Shown piece after piece: positions 40,494-51,425 of a stretch of 64,000 bases of DNA (position 1 is the stretch's first letter; each line of letters opens with the position of its first letter). This DNA is from a bacterium. Its GTDB lineage: Bacteria > UBA8248. The position numbers were made by a program, and so were the translations under genes. The stretch spans positions 1 to 64,000 of the forward strand of contig CBDBZY010000044.1 of the NCBI GenBank assembly GCA_965213685.1, written 5' to 3'. The notes beneath the pieces are model-generated. The model saw only the letters and a list, made by a program, of their open reading frames with translations, had not been told where the DNA came from and searched no databases.

Positions 40494-40507
40494 CGGGCCT
40501 CCGCGCG

Positions 40508-41926
40508 CTACAGGGGCGGCTTCTCCACTTTCACGATTCCCGCTTTTTCCAGCCGATGCACGAACGCCAGCGTGTGGTGATCCGCAAAGGGCGCGCCCAT
40601 GATTTGCGCACCCAGGGGGAGTCCCTCCGCGCTCATCCCCGCGGGAAACGCCGTGGACGGTCCGCCAAAGAAGTTCCAGAGTCTCGTCAGGGAGATCAGC
40701 AGCGTTCGGATTTCAACCTCTTTTCCCCGCACTGTCCCGACCGACGCGGAGTGCGGAGCGGCGGGAATGGGCGTGGCGGCGGAGAGCACGAGATCCACCC
40801 GGCCATAGATTTCCCTCCGGACGCGCCGCGCCCATTGTTCCCGGAAGCGGAGCGCCTGAATGTATGAGGTCGCGGAAGTGAAGAAACCGGGCCGGATCCT
40901 CTCCAGGACTCCCGGGTCGAAATCCCGCGCCCTTTCGCGTATGTTCCGCTCATGGGCAGCCGCCGCCTCGGACACCATGATCACCGAGGCCGCCTGAAAC
41001 GCATGGTCGACGTCCGGTATCCGGACGTCCACGATTTCGGCGCCCGCCTCCCGCATGTCCGCCGCCAGCCTGTCCACCGCTTCGGCCACCGGAGGCTCCG
41101 AGCGCCGTTCGTCGTATGCGCGCGCGCGGCCGACGCGCACCCCTTCGATGGGCCTGTCCAGCGCGCCCATGAAATCGGGCGGGGCGCAGGCAACCGAGGA
41201 AGCGTCGGCCGGGTCGTGTCCCGAGATGGCGGACATCATCAGCGCGCAGTCCTCGGCGGACCTCGCCAGCGGCCCGAAAGAATCCAGCGACCATGACAGC
41301 GGGACGCAGCGCGATTTCGGGACGAGGCCGTGGGTGGGCTTGTGCCCGATGACGCCGCACAGGGACGCGGGAATCCGGATGGAGCCGCCCGTGTCGGAGC
41401 CGATGGCGATGGAGACCTGGCCCGTGGCCGCGCTGTTGCCCGAACCGCCGCTCGAGCCGCCGGTGATCCGCCCGGTGCCCCACGGGTTTTTCTGATCCCC
41501 GTAATGGGGGTTGTGTCCGGTGGGTCCAAAGGCGTATTCGTGGAGGTTCAGCTTGCCGAGTATCACGCCGCCCGCCTGGCGAATCCTGCGGGTCAGCGGA
41601 GCGTCCGAGTCCGCGACGCGCCCCTTGTCGATGACGCTGCCCGCCGTGGTGGGGAGGCCTTCCGCGTCGATCAAGTCCTTCAGGCCTATCGGCGCGCCGG
41701 CCATCGGCCCCGGGTCGTCGCCTCGGGCGATGGCGGCGTCCACCTCCCGCGCCGCCCGCATGGCGCCCTCCGGGTCGAGCGTGATCCAGGAGTTCAGCGC
41801 TGCTCCGATTTCCTCCGAACGACGGAGGTGCGCGGAGGCGACCTGCGCGGCGCTGACGCTTCTCCCCCGGACGCGCGCCGCGATTTGCGCGGCGGTGAGA
41901 TTCGTGAGCTCCTGTGCCAACGTCAT
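40508..41926 (-). CDS. Amidase-signature family amidase (GatA/AtzE-like)
   Basis: KDL, GK.NLHEYA, GGSSGGSG, GSDTGGSIRIPA, KPT.G. Confidence 0.93.
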   Translation of the reverse strand: MTLAQELTNLTAAQIAARVRGRSVSAAQVASAHLRRSEEIGAALNSWITLDPEGAMRAAREVDAAIARGDDPGPMAGAPIGLKDLIDAEGLPTTAGSVIDKGRVADSDAPLTRRIRQAGGVILGKLNLHEYAFGPTGHNPHYGDQKNPWGTGRITGGSSGGSGNSAATGQVSIAIGSDTGGSIRIPASLCGVIGHKPTHGLVPKSRCVPLSWSLDSFGPLARSAEDCALMMSAISGHDPADASSVACAPPDFMGALDRPIEGVRVGRARAYDERRSEPPVAEAVDRLAADMREAGAEIVDVRIPDVDHAFQAASVIMVSEAAAAHERNIRERARDFDPGVLERIRPGFFTSATSYIQALRFREQWARRVRREIYGRVDLVLSAATPIPAAPHSASVGTVRGKEVEIRTLLISLTRLWNFFGGPSTAFPAGMSAEGLPLGAQIMGAPFADHHTLAFVHRLEKAGIVKVEKPPL

Positions 41927-42126
41927 TTCTTCTCCGCCGCGAGGGAGCGCAGGAAGCCCGCGTGGCCGGCGGGCTCCGCCCCGGGCGAGAGGCGCTGAAG
42001 CAGCGCGCCGTGCCCGTTCTCGAGGGTTTCCAGGGTGGCGCTGATGGCAGCGCGCCTCTCGGGGTCGAGCGCATCCCCGAATGCGTCGCCGCACCGGTTT
42101 TTCCACTCCGCATCCGAGGTCGCCAT
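41923..42126 (-). CDS. Small 67-aa protein coupled to the amidase
   Basis: AGGAGAAGGA RBS, ATG at 42126, stop overlaps amidase start (ATGA). Confidence 0.7.
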   Translation of the reverse strand: MATSDAEWKNRCGDAFGDALDPERRAAISATLETLENGHGALLQRLSPGAEPAGHAGFLRSLAAEKK

Positions 42127-42197
42127 GTTCCTTCTCCTGTGCCCATGCGCTCGCGCGCAAATGGGACGCCGCCGCGGTTCATCGACCGATGCGGGAC

Positions 42198-42226
42198 ATG
42201 ATGCTTGCCCCCGGAGGATATTGCAA
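42198..42226 (-). promoter_or_regulatory. Putative sigma70 promoter for small protein-amidase pair
   Basis: TTGCAA-17 nt-CATCAT. Confidence 0.45.
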
Positions 42227-42311
42227 TCGCAAAAGCGCAAGTCTCGGCGCGTCACGGCGCCACGTCGCGGCGCGCGCGGGAGGCGGGGGTCTTCCTTTTC
42301 TTGGGTGCGCC

Positions 42312-42340
42312 TTGCCTCCGCGCAAGCGTGGGGGCAGAAT
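42312..42340 (+). promoter_or_regulatory. Putative sigma70 promoter for BON lipoprotein
   Basis: TTGCCT-17 nt-CAGAAT. Confidence 0.45.
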
Positions 42341-42382
42341 GGGGGGCGTGCTTTCTCCTCCGCGCATCAAGGGGTCGGGGAT

Positions 42383-43039
42383 ATGAACGGGTTCGCCAGG
42401 ATGTCCATCCTCTCCGCCGCGCTCCTCGCTCTCTGGACGGGCGGATGCGTGCCCGGGGCGTTTGTGGTGGGCCAAAACACCCTGGGCGTGCTGGTGGAGG
42501 ATCGTCCCCTGCTCCGGAAGATCGAGGATGCGAAGATCCATGCAAATCTGCTGAAAGAGTATTTTCGCGTCGACAGCGGCCTGCCGGTGGACGTGAATAC
42601 GAACGTGTGGGAGGGGCGGGTGCTGCTCACCGGCGTGGTGGATGCGGAGAGGAAGCGGGAGGCCGTTTTGCGCATCGCGGGGAGCGACCCGAGAATCCGC
42701 GCCGTGTATAACCATATCGTCATCGGCTCCCCGGACGAGGTGGAGCGCAGCCGCGCGGCGAATACGAGGCCGGCCGTGGAGCGCGACATCGTCAAAATCA
42801 GCCGAATCGCCAGCGACGCCTGGATAGAGGCCAAGCTCAACACCCAGTTCCTGGCGACGGATGGCGTGCATGCCGCGAATTACCGGTGGCAGTCCGTGCG
42901 AAACAAGGTCTACATCATCGGGCGGGCGAGAACGGAGATGGAAAAAAAGCTGATCGTTCAGATCATTCGCAGCACGAAGGGCGTGATTCACGTCCAGGAG
43001 CACATCCAGGTAAAGCCGGCTGCGGCGTCCGGCGTCTGA
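42383..43039 (+). CDS. Dual BON-domain lipoprotein (DolP/YraP-like)
   Basis: Lipobox TGGC; EGRVLLTG.V...VYNHI and DAWIEAK...VYIIG...GV..V. Confidence 0.88.
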   Translation: MNGFARMSILSAALLALWTGGCVPGAFVVGQNTLGVLVEDRPLLRKIEDAKIHANLLKEYFRVDSGLPVDVNTNVWEGRVLLTGVVDAERKREAVLRIAGSDPRIRAVYNHIVIGSPDEVERSRAANTRPAVERDIVKISRIASDAWIEAKLNTQFLATDGVHAANYRWQSVRNKVYIIGRARTEMEKKLIVQIIRSTKGVIHVQEHIQVKPAAASGV

Positions 43040-43070
43040 GAACTCTCCCCGGCCTGCGCTCCCCCATTCC

Positions 43071-44084
43071 ATGATTCGCTTGAGCGTCCTGGATCAATCC
43101 CCCATCCGCTCGGGAGGAACCGCGGCGGACGCCATCGGCGAGACCGTGCGGCTGGCCCAGGCCGCCGAACGCCTGGGCTATCACCGCTACTGGCTGGCGG
43201 AGCACCACAGCCACGGGGCTTTCGCGGGCGCGTCGCCCGAGGTGTTGATCGGCCAGATCGCCGCGACGACGCGCGCGATTCGCGTGGGCTCGGGCGGGGT
43301 GATGCTCAGCCACTACAGCCCGCTCAAGGTGGCCGAATCGTTCCGGGTGCTGGAGACGCTCCACCCGGGCCGCATCGATCTGGGGCTGGGCCGCGCCCCG
43401 GGGGCCGACCGGCTCACGTCCGCCGCCCTGGCGCCCGGCTCGGGCGGGTTTCGATATGACGATTTCCCGCAAAAGGTCTCCGACCTTCGCGGCTGGCTCG
43501 AGCAGTCGTTGCCGGAGGCGCATCCCTTCGCCCGCATACGCGCCATGCCCGCCGGGGAGACCGCGCCCGAGATGTGGCTCCTGGGCACCTCGGATCAAAG
43601 CGCGATCCTGGCCGCGCATTTTGGCTGCGCGTTTTCTTTCGCGCATTTCATCAACGCCCACGGCAGCGTCGAGGTGATGGACATGTACCGCAGGGATTTT
43701 CGGCCGTCCGCCCAACGGAAAGAGCCCGTGGGGAGCCTCGGCGTTTTCGTGATTTGCGCGCCAACCGAGGAGGAGGCGCTCTACCATGCGGCCAGCAGGC
43801 CTCTGGTGATGCTCAGGAGCCGCCGCGGCGAGGGGGGCGGCGTGCCCACGCCCGAGGAGGCGCTCGCCTATCCGTGGACGGAGGCGGAGCGCGCCTTCGC
43901 CCGGGAGATCAACAGCAGAACCATCGCGGGGGCACCGGAGCAGGTCGAGAAAACGCTGCGGGCGCTGGCGTCCGAGCACCGGGTCGAGGAGTTGGTCGTC
44001 GTGAACGTGATGCACAGCTTCGAGGCCAGGGTGAAATCCTACGCGCTTTTGGCGGAGGCGTTCGGGTTGCGGGGAAATCCGTAG
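43071..44084 (+). CDS. Luciferase-like (LLM) flavin-dependent monooxygenase, YhbW type
   Basis: LSVLDQSPI, YWLAEHH, RVGSGGVML.HYSPLKVAE.F, GRIDLGLGRAPG, FAHFIN. Confidence 0.93.
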   Translation: MIRLSVLDQSPIRSGGTAADAIGETVRLAQAAERLGYHRYWLAEHHSHGAFAGASPEVLIGQIAATTRAIRVGSGGVMLSHYSPLKVAESFRVLETLHPGRIDLGLGRAPGADRLTSAALAPGSGGFRYDDFPQKVSDLRGWLEQSLPEAHPFARIRAMPAGETAPEMWLLGTSDQSAILAAHFGCAFSFAHFINAHGSVEVMDMYRRDFRPSAQRKEPVGSLGVFVICAPTEEEALYHAASRPLVMLRSRRGEGGGVPTPEEALAYPWTEAERAFAREINSRTIAGAPEQVEKTLRALASEHRVEELVVVNVMHSFEARVKSYALLAEAFGLRGNP

Positions 44085-44200
44085 CGCCTTCGACCCGAGG
44101 GGCGGATTCCGCTACCCTTGCGCTCTTTGTGCCTCCGGCGTCTGTTTTCCGCGTGCGCGCGCAGGGTTGTGCGCACTCTCACTTGTGAAAGGAGCAAACC

Positions 44201-44698
44201 GTGGCGCTTTCCGTGGTAATGACGACGAGCCGGGGCGAGATACGGCTCGACTTGCATGAGGACAAGGCGCCGGTGACGGTGGCGAGTTTCGTGAACCTCG
44301 CCCGGCGCGGCTTCTACGACGGTCTCGTTTTTCACCGCGTGATACCGGACTTCATGATTCAGGGAGGGTGTCCCCTGGGCGCGGGGACGGGCGGGCCCGG
44401 CTATCAGTTCGAGGATGAGTGCTCCCCCGATCTCCTCCATGACGGCCCGGGCGTCCTCTCGATGGCGAACGCGGGGCCGGGCACGAACGGCTCCCAGTTT
44501 TTCATCACCCACCTGCCCACCGCCTGGCTGGACGGCAAGCATACGGTGTTCGGGCGCGTCACCTCCGGCCAGGACGTGGTGGATGCGGTGGAGCAGGGCG
44601 ACGGGATCGAGAAGATCGAGATTGCGGGGGATGCGTCCGCGCTGTTCGAGGCCCAGGAGGAGCGGATCGCCGCCTGGAACAGGGTGCTGGACGGCTAG
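44201..44698 (+). CDS. Cyclophilin-type peptidyl-prolyl isomerase
   Basis: [48 protein letters not shown]. Confidence 0.97.
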   Translation: MALSVVMTTSRGEIRLDLHEDKAPVTVASFVNLARRGFYDGLVFHRVIPDFMIQGGCPLGAGTGGPGYQFEDECSPDLLHDGPGVLSMANAGPGTNGSQFFITHLPTAWLDGKHTVFGRVTSGQDVVDAVEQGDGIEKIEIAGDASALFEAQEERIAAWNRVLDG

Positions 44699-44702
44699 GC
44701 GC

Positions 44703-46508
44703 TCAGGCGCGCTTTCTGGCCTTCAGCTTCGTTTTGCGCAGCCGGAAGACAGCGGGGGTGACCTCGAGGCACTCGCCCTCGCGCAGGAACTCGAGGGCCT
44801 GCTCGAGGCTGAGCCGCCTGGGCGGGACGAGCGGGGCGGAGACGTCGGCGCCGGCGGCCCGGATGTTGGTGAGCTTCTTCTCCTTGGCGATGTTCACGAA
44901 CATGTCCCCCTCCCGGCTGTTCTCGCCGATGATCATTCCCTCGTACACCTCCTCGGCGGGCGCGACGAAGAGGGTTCCGCGCTCCTGGATGTTCTCCGCC
45001 GCGTAGGAGGTGGTCCTGCCCGCGCGGTCTGACACGAGGGCGCCGGTCGGCCTGCCCGGCAGGTCGCCCGCCCATTCCCCCCATCCGGCGAAGACGTGGG
45101 TGAGGATGCCCGTGCCCCGGGTGTCGGTGAGGAACGCGCCGCGGTAGCCGATGAGGCCCCGGCTGGGAACCGAGAAATCGAGCCGCGCGCGCCCCTTGCC
45201 GTGGTTGATCATCCGGGTCATTCTGCCTTTGCGCACCCCCAGACTCTGGGTGACGGGCCCGATGAACTCCTCCGGCACGTCCGCCACCACGTCTTCGATA
45301 GGCTCCAGGGTCCTGCCGTTCTCCCTGCGCGTGATGACCTCGGGGCGGCCGACGGTGATCTCGTATTTCTCGCGCCGGAGTTGCTCGATCAGCACGGCGA
45401 GCTGCAACGCGCCGCGGCCGGACACGCGCAGGGTATCCGCCGCGCCGGTCTCCTCGACCCGAATGGCGACGTTGTCCCGCGCCTCGCGCAGGAGCCGTTC
45501 CCGGATCTGGCGGGAGGTGAGGTATTTTCCGCTGCGCCCCGCCAGGGGGGAGTCGTTGATCCGGAAACTCATGGCGATGGTGGGCGCATCCACCGAGATG
45601 GCCGGAAGCGGAACCGGGTTGTCCGCATCCGCGATGGTGTCCCCGATCTCCACGCCTCCGAGGCCGGCTACGGCCACGATGTCCCCTCCGCGCGCCTCGC
45701 GCATGGGGTGCCGCTCCAGCCCCCGATAGCCGAATACGGAGGCGACCTCCCCTCTCGTCTCGCGGCCCTCCCGGCCCAGGACGAGCGCGCGGCTCTTCGG
45801 GCGGAGCGCGCCGTTCCAGATGCGGCCGATGGCGAGGCGGCCCAGGTAGTTGTCGTATTCCAGGCGGGAGACGAGCATCTGAAGCGGCTTGCCCGCCTCG
45901 TGCGCGGGTGGGGGAATCGCGCCCCGGAGCGTCTGGAACAAGGGTGCGAGCGTGGAGGCGAGCGCATCCGGCCCGTGTCCGGCCCTGCCCTCCCGGGCGA
46001 TGGCGTAGAGGACGGGGAAATCCAGCTGGGCGTCCGTGGCCTCCAGGTCGATGAAGAGGTCATACACTTCGTCGAGAACCTGCGCCGGCCGCGCGTCCGC
46101 GCGGTCGATCTTGTTGATGACCACGACGAAGGGAAGCGCCCGCGCGAGTGCCTTGCTGACGACGAACCGCGTTTGCGGCAGAGGGCCTTCCGAGGCGTCG
46201 ACCAGCAGCATGACCCCGTCCACCATGGAGAGGACGCGCTCCACCTCGCCGCCGAAATCCGCATGCCCCGGCGTGTCCACGATGTTGTAGCGGACGCCCT
46301 GAAAGTCGATGGCGCAGTTTTTCGCCATGATGGTGATTCCCTTCTCGCGCTCCAGGTCCATGGAGTCGAGCACGCGCTCCGCCACGTCCTGCCCTTCGCG
46401 GAAGATGCCGCTTTGCCAGAGCATGGAGTCCACGAGGGTGGTTTTTCCGTGGTCGACGTGGGCGATGATGGCGAGATTTCTGAGGTCGGGTCGTTCCGTG
46501 GCGGCCAT
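44703..46508 (-). CDS. typA: Translational GTPase TypA/BipA
   Basis: [52 protein letters not shown]. Confidence 0.97.
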   Translation of the reverse strand: MAATERPDLRNLAIIAHVDHGKTTLVDSMLWQSGIFREGQDVAERVLDSMDLEREKGITIMAKNCAIDFQGVRYNIVDTPGHADFGGEVERVLSMVDGVMLLVDASEGPLPQTRFVVSKALARALPFVVVINKIDRADARPAQVLDEVYDLFIDLEATDAQLDFPVLYAIAREGRAGHGPDALASTLAPLFQTLRGAIPPPAHEAGKPLQMLVSRLEYDNYLGRLAIGRIWNGALRPKSRALVLGREGRETRGEVASVFGYRGLERHPMREARGGDIVAVAGLGGVEIGDTIADADNPVPLPAISVDAPTIAMSFRINDSPLAGRSGKYLTSRQIRERLLREARDNVAIRVEETGAADTLRVSGRGALQLAVLIEQLRREKYEITVGRPEVITRRENGRTLEPIEDVVADVPEEFIGPVTQSLGVRKGRMTRMINHGKGRARLDFSVPSRGLIGYRGAFLTDTRGTGILTHVFAGWGEWAGDLPGRPTGALVSDRAGRTTSYAAENIQERGTLFVAPAEEVYEGMIIGENSREGDMFVNIAKEKKLTNIRAAGADVSAPLVPPRRLSLEQALEFLREGECLEVTPAVFRLRKTKLKARKRA

Positions 46509-46564
46509 GTCGTCCTCGCGTCGGGTTTCGCGCCGCGCCCGGGGCCGCGCCCCGAAGCGCGGGG

Positions 46565-46593
46565 ATGATGGCGGAATCGGGCGGCGATGGCAA
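46565..46593 (-). promoter_or_regulatory. Putative sigma70 promoter for typA
   Basis: TTGCCA-17 nt-CATCAT. Confidence 0.45.
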
Positions 46594-46708
46594 GAGGAGG
46601 GGGGCGTTTCGCATGGCGCGCGCGGGGTGTCGGGAAGCCGCAAATGGGGTACCATGACGGTGCGCGTTCCCCCCCTTCTTCCTCGATGACGCAGCCGGGA
46701 GGCCCAAC

Positions 46709-47908
46709 GTGAAAATTTCCTTTTTCATGATGCCGATTCATCACCCCTCCGAGAATCCCTCGCTTGCCTATGAGCGCGATATCGCCCTCATCGAATACGC
46801 CGACTCCCTGGATTTCGACGAGTTTTATATCGGGGAGCACCACTCCGGAGGCTGGGAGACGATTCCCGCACCGGAGATGGCCCTCGCCATGGCCGCCGCC
46901 CGGGCGAAGCGCATTCGTCTGGGCACTTCGGTGATCAGCGTTCCGTATCATCACCCGTTTCATCTGGCGGAGCGGATGGCGTTCCTGGACCAGCTCACGC
47001 GGGGGCGCGTGATCTTCGGGGTGGGGCCGAGCAACCTGGTGAGCGACATCAAGCTGTTCGACATCCCGCCGGGCGACCTGCGCCCGATGATGCGCGAGTC
47101 GGTGGACATCATCGTCCGGCTGCTGGAATCGCCCGAGCCGTTTGATTATGAGGGGCGGTTCTGGAAATTGCGGAACGTGTGCCTCCAGGTGCGCTCCTAC
47201 CAAAATCCGAGGATGCCGCTTGCCATCGCGTCGGCGGGAAGCCGGGGGGCCATCGACCTGGCCGCTCGATACGGGATGATCCTGCTTTCCTTCGGCGGCG
47301 AGAAAATCGGGGAGAACCTCGCCCTCTCCGAGCAGTGGCCCTACATGGAGGAGTGCGCGCGGAGACACGGCACGCGGGTGTCCCGCGAGAACTGGCGAAT
47401 CACCACGCACCTCCATCTTGCCGAAAGCCGCGAGAAAGCCTGGGCCGACATCGAGGAGTGCGCCTTGCGGGACATCAACTACTTCATGGAGATCGGCCTG
47501 AAGGCGGCCTACGAGGCGTATCCGGGTCAGCCGCGCTCGGAGATTACGCTGCGCTCGGCCGCGGCGCAGAGACACTGGATAGTGGGCACCCCGGACGACG
47601 CCATCGAGATAATCGGGAAAATGCAGGAGGAGACGGGCGGGTTCGGCGGCCTCATGCTCACGACGCATGAATGGGTGGGCGATCAGAAAATTCGCGCCTC
47701 GCTGGAGTTGTTCGCGCGATACGTCATGCCGCACTTCCGGGGACATGCGCGGGACTTGCAGAATGCGTGGAGCCGAATGCAGGGGGAGGTGGCGCGGGGA
47801 GAGATGCCCCCGCAAGGAGGGACGCCCTCCTGGGAAACGCCCGGTTGGGAGGGGCACCGGAGCAATCTGTTCACCCATCCGCCGGAGGATGGGGGTTTTC
47901 CCGGGTAG
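46709..47908 (+). CDS. LLM-class flavin-dependent oxidoreductase (limonene monooxygenase-like)
   Basis: [51 protein letters not shown]. Confidence 0.9.
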   Translation: MKISFFMMPIHHPSENPSLAYERDIALIEYADSLDFDEFYIGEHHSGGWETIPAPEMALAMAAARAKRIRLGTSVISVPYHHPFHLAERMAFLDQLTRGRVIFGVGPSNLVSDIKLFDIPPGDLRPMMRESVDIIVRLLESPEPFDYEGRFWKLRNVCLQVRSYQNPRMPLAIASAGSRGAIDLAARYGMILLSFGGEKIGENLALSEQWPYMEECARRHGTRVSRENWRITTHLHLAESREKAWADIEECALRDINYFMEIGLKAAYEAYPGQPRSEITLRSAAAQRHWIVGTPDDAIEIIGKMQEETGGFGGLMLTTHEWVGDQKIRASLELFARYVMPHFRGHARDLQNAWSRMQGEVARGEMPPQGGTPSWETPGWEGHRSNLFTHPPEDGGFPG

Positions 47909-48057
47909 GGAGCGGGCGGACGCGCGGAAGCCGGCCCCCGGCTTGCGAGGAAGGCGGTGACGCCCGGGCTTCCGGACTTGTGGTATGGTGAGAGATTGCG
48001 GGAGGACTGGATGCGAACGCATGGATGGATGTTGCGCGAACGCGAGGCTTGGGGAGA

Positions 48058-48978
48058 ATGAGCGTTACCTTTTTCCGTGAGGTGCCGGACGCCAGGGATC
48101 CGCTGCTCGTGATGGCGTTCTCCGGTTGGAACGACGCGGCGGAATCCGCGACGGCGGCGGCCCGCTACCTGGTCCAGCGCTTTCAGGGGGAGCGGGTGGC
48201 GCGGATTGCGTCGGGTGATTTTTTCCAGTTCTCCGACGAGAGGCCGACCGTGCAGCTCGACGAATCGGGCGAGCGGCGCATGACGTGGCCGTCGAACGAG
48301 TTTTTCTATTGCCGCGCGCCGGGCCTCGCGCGCGACCTGATCGTCGGGGTCGGGGCCGAGCCGCATTTGCGATGGAAGCGGTTCAGCCGCGACGTCCTGG
48401 ACATAGGGGAGCGTTACGGCGCGCGAATGGGCGTGACGATGGGGGCGTTGCTCGCGGGCGACCTGCATACCCAGCCCAGCCATTTGATGGCCATCGCCAC
48501 CGACCCGGCGCTGATAGAGCCCGCCGGCGTGGAGACGACGCGCTATGAGGGGCCTACGGGAATCGTGGGCGTCATCCACACGCTCATGCAGGACGAGGGG
48601 CTCCCGGCGGTGAGCTTGTGGGCGAACGTGCCGCACTACATCGCGTCGCTGTTCAATCCGAAGGCCACGCGCACCCTCTTGGAGAGCCTGGGCGTCGTGG
48701 GGCGCTTCGAAATCTCCCTGGAGGATTTTGACGCCGCCATCCAGACGTTTCACGAGCGCGCGGAGCAGGTCATCGCCAGCGACCCGCGCATCGCCAAGTA
48801 TGTGCGGGATATGCAAAGGGGCCGGATTCCCGACGATGGCTCCGGGCGGGAGCTGGAGGACGCGCTTCTGGACCCCGAACCAGAAGAGACGGAAGAGAGG
48901 CTGCCCCCGGGCGCCGAGGTGGCTGACGAGATAGAGCGCCTGTTGCGGAGAAGACGCGGCGGGCCGGAGTCCGGCTGA
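48058..48978 (+). CDS. PAC2 (proteasome assembly chaperone) family protein
   Basis: AFSGWNDAAESAT, RP, WP, EPHLRW, GALLA...HT, YEGPTGIVGV, LWANVPHYI, NPKA. Confidence 0.9.
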   Translation: MSVTFFREVPDARDPLLVMAFSGWNDAAESATAAARYLVQRFQGERVARIASGDFFQFSDERPTVQLDESGERRMTWPSNEFFYCRAPGLARDLIVGVGAEPHLRWKRFSRDVLDIGERYGARMGVTMGALLAGDLHTQPSHLMAIATDPALIEPAGVETTRYEGPTGIVGVIHTLMQDEGLPAVSLWANVPHYIASLFNPKATRTLLESLGVVGRFEISLEDFDAAIQTFHERAEQVIASDPRIAKYVRDMQRGRIPDDGSGRELEDALLDPEPEETEERLPPGAEVADEIERLLRRRRGGPESG

Positions 48979-49071
48979 GCCGGCGGCTGCCGTTGCAGGG
49001 CGCCCCAGCAATCGCACACCCCGCATGTTCATACGCCATGCGCACGGATTTCCCATGAGCGGAGGTCAGGA

Positions 49072-51402
49072 ATGTCAGAACGCTTCTATCAGCAGATGTT
49101 TGGCGGGCCGGATGATGACGGGGACCTCATCGGCGCGGACGTCCCCCGGGTGGACGGCCCGCCCAAGGCGGACGGCTCGCCGGTGTTCGCCGCGGACCAC
49201 AAGCTGGTCAACCCGCTGTATGTCGTTCCCGTCACGGCGCCCATCGCGTGCGGAACGCTGGAGCGAATCGACACGGCGGCGGCGGAGCGCGCGCCGGGCG
49301 TCGCCTGCGTCCTGACCGCAAAGGACATTCCGGGAGAGAAACTCTACGGGATGCTGGTCGCCGATCAGCCCGCCCTGGTGGAGGAGCGCATTTATTCCCT
49401 CCAGGACGTGGTGGCCGTCGTCGCGGCGGACACCCTGGAGCAGGCGGAGTTCGCCGCCGGGCTGGTCGGGATGAGGACGAAGGAGCTCCCCGCCGTTTTT
49501 GACGCGCAAGACGCCCTGCAGGAGGGCGCCCCCATCGTCCGGGAGGAGCACCCCATGGCGAAGGGTAACGTGCTCACCCACCTGAAGATACGAAAAGGCG
49601 ACGTGGAGCAAGGCTTCGCCGAGGCGGACGTGATACTCGAGAACACCTATGAGACCCAGTTCATCGATCACGCCTACCTCGAACCCGACGCGGGCTACGT
49701 GGTTCCCCATCCCGATGGCTCCATCTCCTGTACGGGGCCTACCCAGTGCCCGCACATGGTGCGGCGCGTCATCGCTCCGGTGCTGGGGCTGGGACAAAAC
49801 GAGATTCAGTTCGTCTCCACGCCGCCGGGCGGCGGCTTCGGCGGAAAGGAGGAGACCTCCATAGAAATCGCCATGCGGGCGGGCCTGGTCGCACTCAAGA
49901 CGGGTCGCCCCGCCATCTACAATTACACGAGGGAGGAATCCCTCGGCGGGAAGGCGAAGCGGATTCCCGCGGTGATCCGCCATAAAATCGGCGCCCGGAA
50001 AAACGGCGAGATCACCGCCATGCGCATCCACATTTACCTCAACAAGGGCCCCTACGCCGCGGTGGGCCCCGGCATCATCAAGAAGCTCATCATCCACTCC
50101 TCCGGGGCGTATGAATGCGAAAACGTCTGGGCCGACGGCTACCTCGTGCTCACGAACAACATCAACACGTGCGCCATGCGAGGCCTGGGGGTTCCGCAGG
50201 TGCACTTCGCGGTAGAGAGCCAGATGGACGAGCTGTCCCTCGCCCTGGGGATGGACCCCTTCGCGCTGCGGCGGTTGAACGGCTACAAGGTCGGCTCCTC
50301 CACCGCGACCCGCCAGGTGCTGGACCAGAGCGTGGGCTACATGGATTGTCTCGATGAGGCGGAGAAGGCGCTTGGGCCGCATCCGCGGGAGGGGGCGAAC
50401 GGCGACGGCCTGCTGCATGGCCGCGGGATGGCGGGATTCTGGTATTCCACCGGCGCGGCGGCACCCTCGGATTCGTGCGGCGCGCAGGTGCACGTCACCG
50501 ATGACGGAAAAGTGCAGGTCGGGGTCGGCATCATCGAACTCGGGCAGGGCGCCCACACGGTGCTCGCCCAGATAGCGGCCGAGGCCATGGGCGTGCGGAT
50601 GGAGGATGTGCGCATCATGCAGGTGGATACCGACGCCGTTCCGGAGAGCGGCTTCACGGCGGGGTCGCGCTCCACCACGATTCCCGGCAACGCGATATGC
50701 GAGGCCATCGCGGAGGTGCGGGGCGTCCTCTCCCCCGTGGCGGCGGAGATGCTCGAGGGCCCGGCGGAGGACGTGGCTTTCCGGAATGGCAGGGTGTTCA
50801 TCCGGAGCGCGCCCGAGCGTTCGCTCCCCTTCGGCGCGGTGGTCTCCCAGGCGCTTTTGGTGGGCAAGCAGATCACCGGCCAGGGATGGTTCACCACGGG
50901 GCCCTTGACCTTCAACCCCGAGACCGGCGAGGGAGAGCCGTTCATTGTCTACAGCTATGGCGTGCAGGTGGCGGACGTGGCGGTTGACCCGAGCACGGGC
51001 GAGGTTTGGGTGAGGCGGGTGGTCGCCGCCCATGACGTGGGGCGGGCCATCAACCCCCAGGGGGTGGCCGGACAGATAGAGGGCGGCATCGAAATGGGGA
51101 TCGGCCAGGCGCTCATCGAGGAGGTCGACGTGCATGAGGGCCGCGTGCTCACGCCCGACCTGGCGCGCTATGAGATTCCCGTTTCGATGGACACGCCGGA
51201 GATAGCGACCATCATCGTGGAGCAGGCCAACGCGACGGGCCCCTACGGCGCCAAAGGGGTGGGGGAGAGCGCGCTGGTCCCCACCCTGGCCGCGATTTCC
51301 AACGCCGTGCGGGACGCCGTCGGCCACCGCTTCACCAGGCTTCCCATCACGCCGGAGAGCGTCGCCATGGCCATGCACAAGGCGGGCGTCGAAGTCGCCT
51401 AG
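49072..51402 (+). CDS. Xanthine dehydrogenase family molybdopterin-binding subunit
   Basis: HAYLEP, GGGFGGK, AMRGLG.PQ, ELGQG, AHDVGRAINP, GAKGVGE. Confidence 0.95.
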   Translation: MSERFYQQMFGGPDDDGDLIGADVPRVDGPPKADGSPVFAADHKLVNPLYVVPVTAPIACGTLERIDTAAAERAPGVACVLTAKDIPGEKLYGMLVADQPALVEERIYSLQDVVAVVAADTLEQAEFAAGLVGMRTKELPAVFDAQDALQEGAPIVREEHPMAKGNVLTHLKIRKGDVEQGFAEADVILENTYETQFIDHAYLEPDAGYVVPHPDGSISCTGPTQCPHMVRRVIAPVLGLGQNEIQFVSTPPGGGFGGKEETSIEIAMRAGLVALKTGRPAIYNYTREESLGGKAKRIPAVIRHKIGARKNGEITAMRIHIYLNKGPYAAVGPGIIKKLIIHSSGAYECENVWADGYLVLTNNINTCAMRGLGVPQVHFAVESQMDELSLALGMDPFALRRLNGYKVGSSTATRQVLDQSVGYMDCLDEAEKALGPHPREGANGDGLLHGRGMAGFWYSTGAAAPSDSCGAQVHVTDDGKVQVGVGIIELGQGAHTVLAQIAAEAMGVRMEDVRIMQVDTDAVPESGFTAGSRSTTIPGNAICEAIAEVRGVLSPVAAEMLEGPAEDVAFRNGRVFIRSAPERSLPFGAVVSQALLVGKQITGQGWFTTGPLTFNPETGEGEPFIVYSYGVQVADVAVDPSTGEVWVRRVVAAHDVGRAINPQGVAGQIEGGIEMGIGQALIEEVDVHEGRVLTPDLARYEIPVSMDTPEIATIIVEQANATGPYGAKGVGESALVPTLAAISNAVRDAVGHRFTRLPITPESVAMAMHKAGVEVA

Positions 51403-51425
51403 CCGTCGGGAAAACCGGACGCGCC

